DNA of 25,675 nt from Candidatus Methylomirabilota bacterium. GTDB taxonomy: Bacteria; Methylomirabilota; Methylomirabilia; Rokubacteriales; CSP1-6. The stretch lies in the NCBI GenBank assembly GCA_046725675.1, contig JBKOZA010000578.1, positions 1-25,675 on the forward strand. The letters run 5' to 3'. Below the pieces are notes generated by a model. It made no database searches and had not been told where the DNA came from. It saw only the letters and a program-made list of their open reading frames with translations. Positions 24,671 through 25,675 of this stretch are shown here, piece after piece; the stretch's first letter is position 1, and every line of letters starts with the position of its first letter. The position numbers and the translations under genes were made by a program.

Positions 24671-25566
24671 GCTTGGAACACCCTGGCCCCGCCGCCGAGC
24701 GCCAGCACGGCGAGCGCCATGACCTTCGTCTCCCCCAGGAACGCCGTGCGCTCATAGCGCTCGAGCAAGCGGTGGCGCAAGGGCGCCACGTCCTCGCCGT
24801 AGGCGGAGAAGCAGAGCGTCGCCCACGCGAGCGCCAGCCCCGAGTCCACGCGTTGCAGCATGGCGCGCAGAGCGCGCAGGCTTCGCTGGTTGGCCTCGTG
24901 CTGGCGATGCTCGGCGAGGGCGAGCAGGGCCAGCGCGGTGACGTCGGCGTAGGGCCAGAGTTCCGCCTCGAGGACCGCGGAATTGCCGTAGTTCCAGCCC
25001 CCGTCGCGGCACATGCGGTCGTAGATCATCCGCTCGGCTTCGTCGATCCGCTCGACGGCGGCCGTACCTGGCAGATGCCGCCGGAGACGCTTGAGCGCCA
25101 GCAGCACGTAGCAGGTGGGCTCGACGAAGCTGGCGGTGTCGGCCGTCCACGCCCAGCCCTTCAGATCTGGATTCAGACGGACCGCCACGGTGTTCTGAGC
25201 CCATCGGTGGACGAGCGACGTGACGAGACCGGTTGTGCGCGGCATGCGGCGCAGCAGCCAGCGGGCGCCGCGCACGGCGGCGGCCGGCTCCTGCCCGAGC
25301 GCATCGAGCGCCAGCACGGCCAGCGCCGTCGCCCAGGAGCTCTCGTCCACCCGCGCGCTGACCGGCCAGGCGCCGTCGTCGTGCTGGCGGGTGGCCAGCC
25401 AGCGTACGCCGTGAGCGGCGCTCGCGCGCGCGTCCAGCCTCTCGAGGCCTCCGAGCGCGAGGGTGGCCAGCGCGGTGATCTCGGTGCTGCTGGCGCGGCC
25501 GATGTGCGCCCCCCAGCCGCCGTCGGAATTCTGGCTGGCCACGAGGGCCTGGCCCGAAAGGATCAT
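24667..25566 (-). CDS. Prenyltransferase/squalene-oxidase (QW-motif) repeat protein
   Basis: ATG at 25566 with GGAG SD. LVASQNSDGGWG, WLATRQHDDGAWP, GWAW...EPT, RMCRDGGWNYGN alpha/alpha-barrel repeats. Confidence 0.8.
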   Translation of the reverse strand: MILSGQALVASQNSDGGWGAHIGRASSTEITALATLALGGLERLDARASAAHGVRWLATRQHDDGAWPVSARVDESSWATALAVLALDALGQEPAAAVRGARWLLRRMPRTTGLVTSLVHRWAQNTVAVRLNPDLKGWAWTADTASFVEPTCYVLLALKRLRRHLPGTAAVERIDEAERMIYDRMCRDGGWNYGNSAVLEAELWPYADVTALALLALAEHRQHEANQRSLRALRAMLQRVDSGLALAWATLCFSAYGEDVAPLRHRLLERYERTAFLGETKVMALAVLALGGGARVFQA

Positions 25567-25675
25567 CGGACATCTCCGAGACGCTCGGTCCAGCTCACGC
25601 CGTCCGGGAACCGGAACTTGGTCACGGTGTCCCCGCTCGCGCTGCGCCCCGTGAACCAGTCCTCCTGCTCCCACA
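25563..25675 (-). CDS. C-terminal fragment of an upstream unknown gene (begins outside window)
   Basis: Open frame ..WEQEDWFTGRSASGDTVTKFRFPDGVSWTERLGDVR* ending in an ATGA overlap with the QW-repeat gene. Confidence 0.6.
   Translation of the reverse strand, partial: WEQEDWFTGRSASGDTVTKFRFPDGVSWTERLGDVR

Noticed and set aside
1-25675. CRISPR arrays, tRNA/rRNA, IS elements, integrases
   Set aside because: I saw no regularly spaced repeats, cloverleaf or rRNA signatures, terminal inverted repeats or transposase motifs.
19864-25675. Impression of slightly more A/T at third codon positions in the right-hand genes (possible horizontal acquisition)
   Set aside because: Not quantifiable by eye, and there are no flanking mobility signals. 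A sliding GC3/codon-usage computation would be needed.

Overview
This is a very GC-rich, densely coding bacterial window. Gene content and style suggest a diderm soil bacterium such as Candidatus Rokubacteria/Methylomirabilota (inference only). From left to right: (1) a proteasome-associated AAA+ ATPase (arc/mpa) running off the left edge and missed by the ORF track, preceded by a 78-aa Cys/His-rich protein, each with a sigma54-like -24/-12 motif; (2) an atypical M28/PA hydrolase plus a Dpp/Opp-type ABC importer lacking an ATPase; (3) a convergent operon with a 33-aa luciferase-like-monooxygenase remnant, CE4 deacetylase, SDR, Cys-less thiolase-like protein and DUF35 OB-fold protein; (4) an orphan GspE/PilB ATPase with four MshEN-type motifs and a sigma54-like promoter; (5) a second ATPase-less Dpp importer with a Tat-exported binding protein; (6) two head-to-head Rieske oxygenases, one closely resembling LigXa and followed by a LigZ/DesZ-type extradiol dioxygenase, a candidate lignin-derived aromatic catabolic module; (7) a membrane-fused spermidine-synthase-like protein and a divergent lipoprotein; (8) a translationally coupled operon of a partial unknown gene, a QW-repeat prenyltransferase-like protein, a Tat-DUF362 protein and a TPR-retropepsin. 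I saw no rRNA, tRNA, CRISPR array or mobile element. Family assignments come from motif reading and recalled sequences, not database searches.
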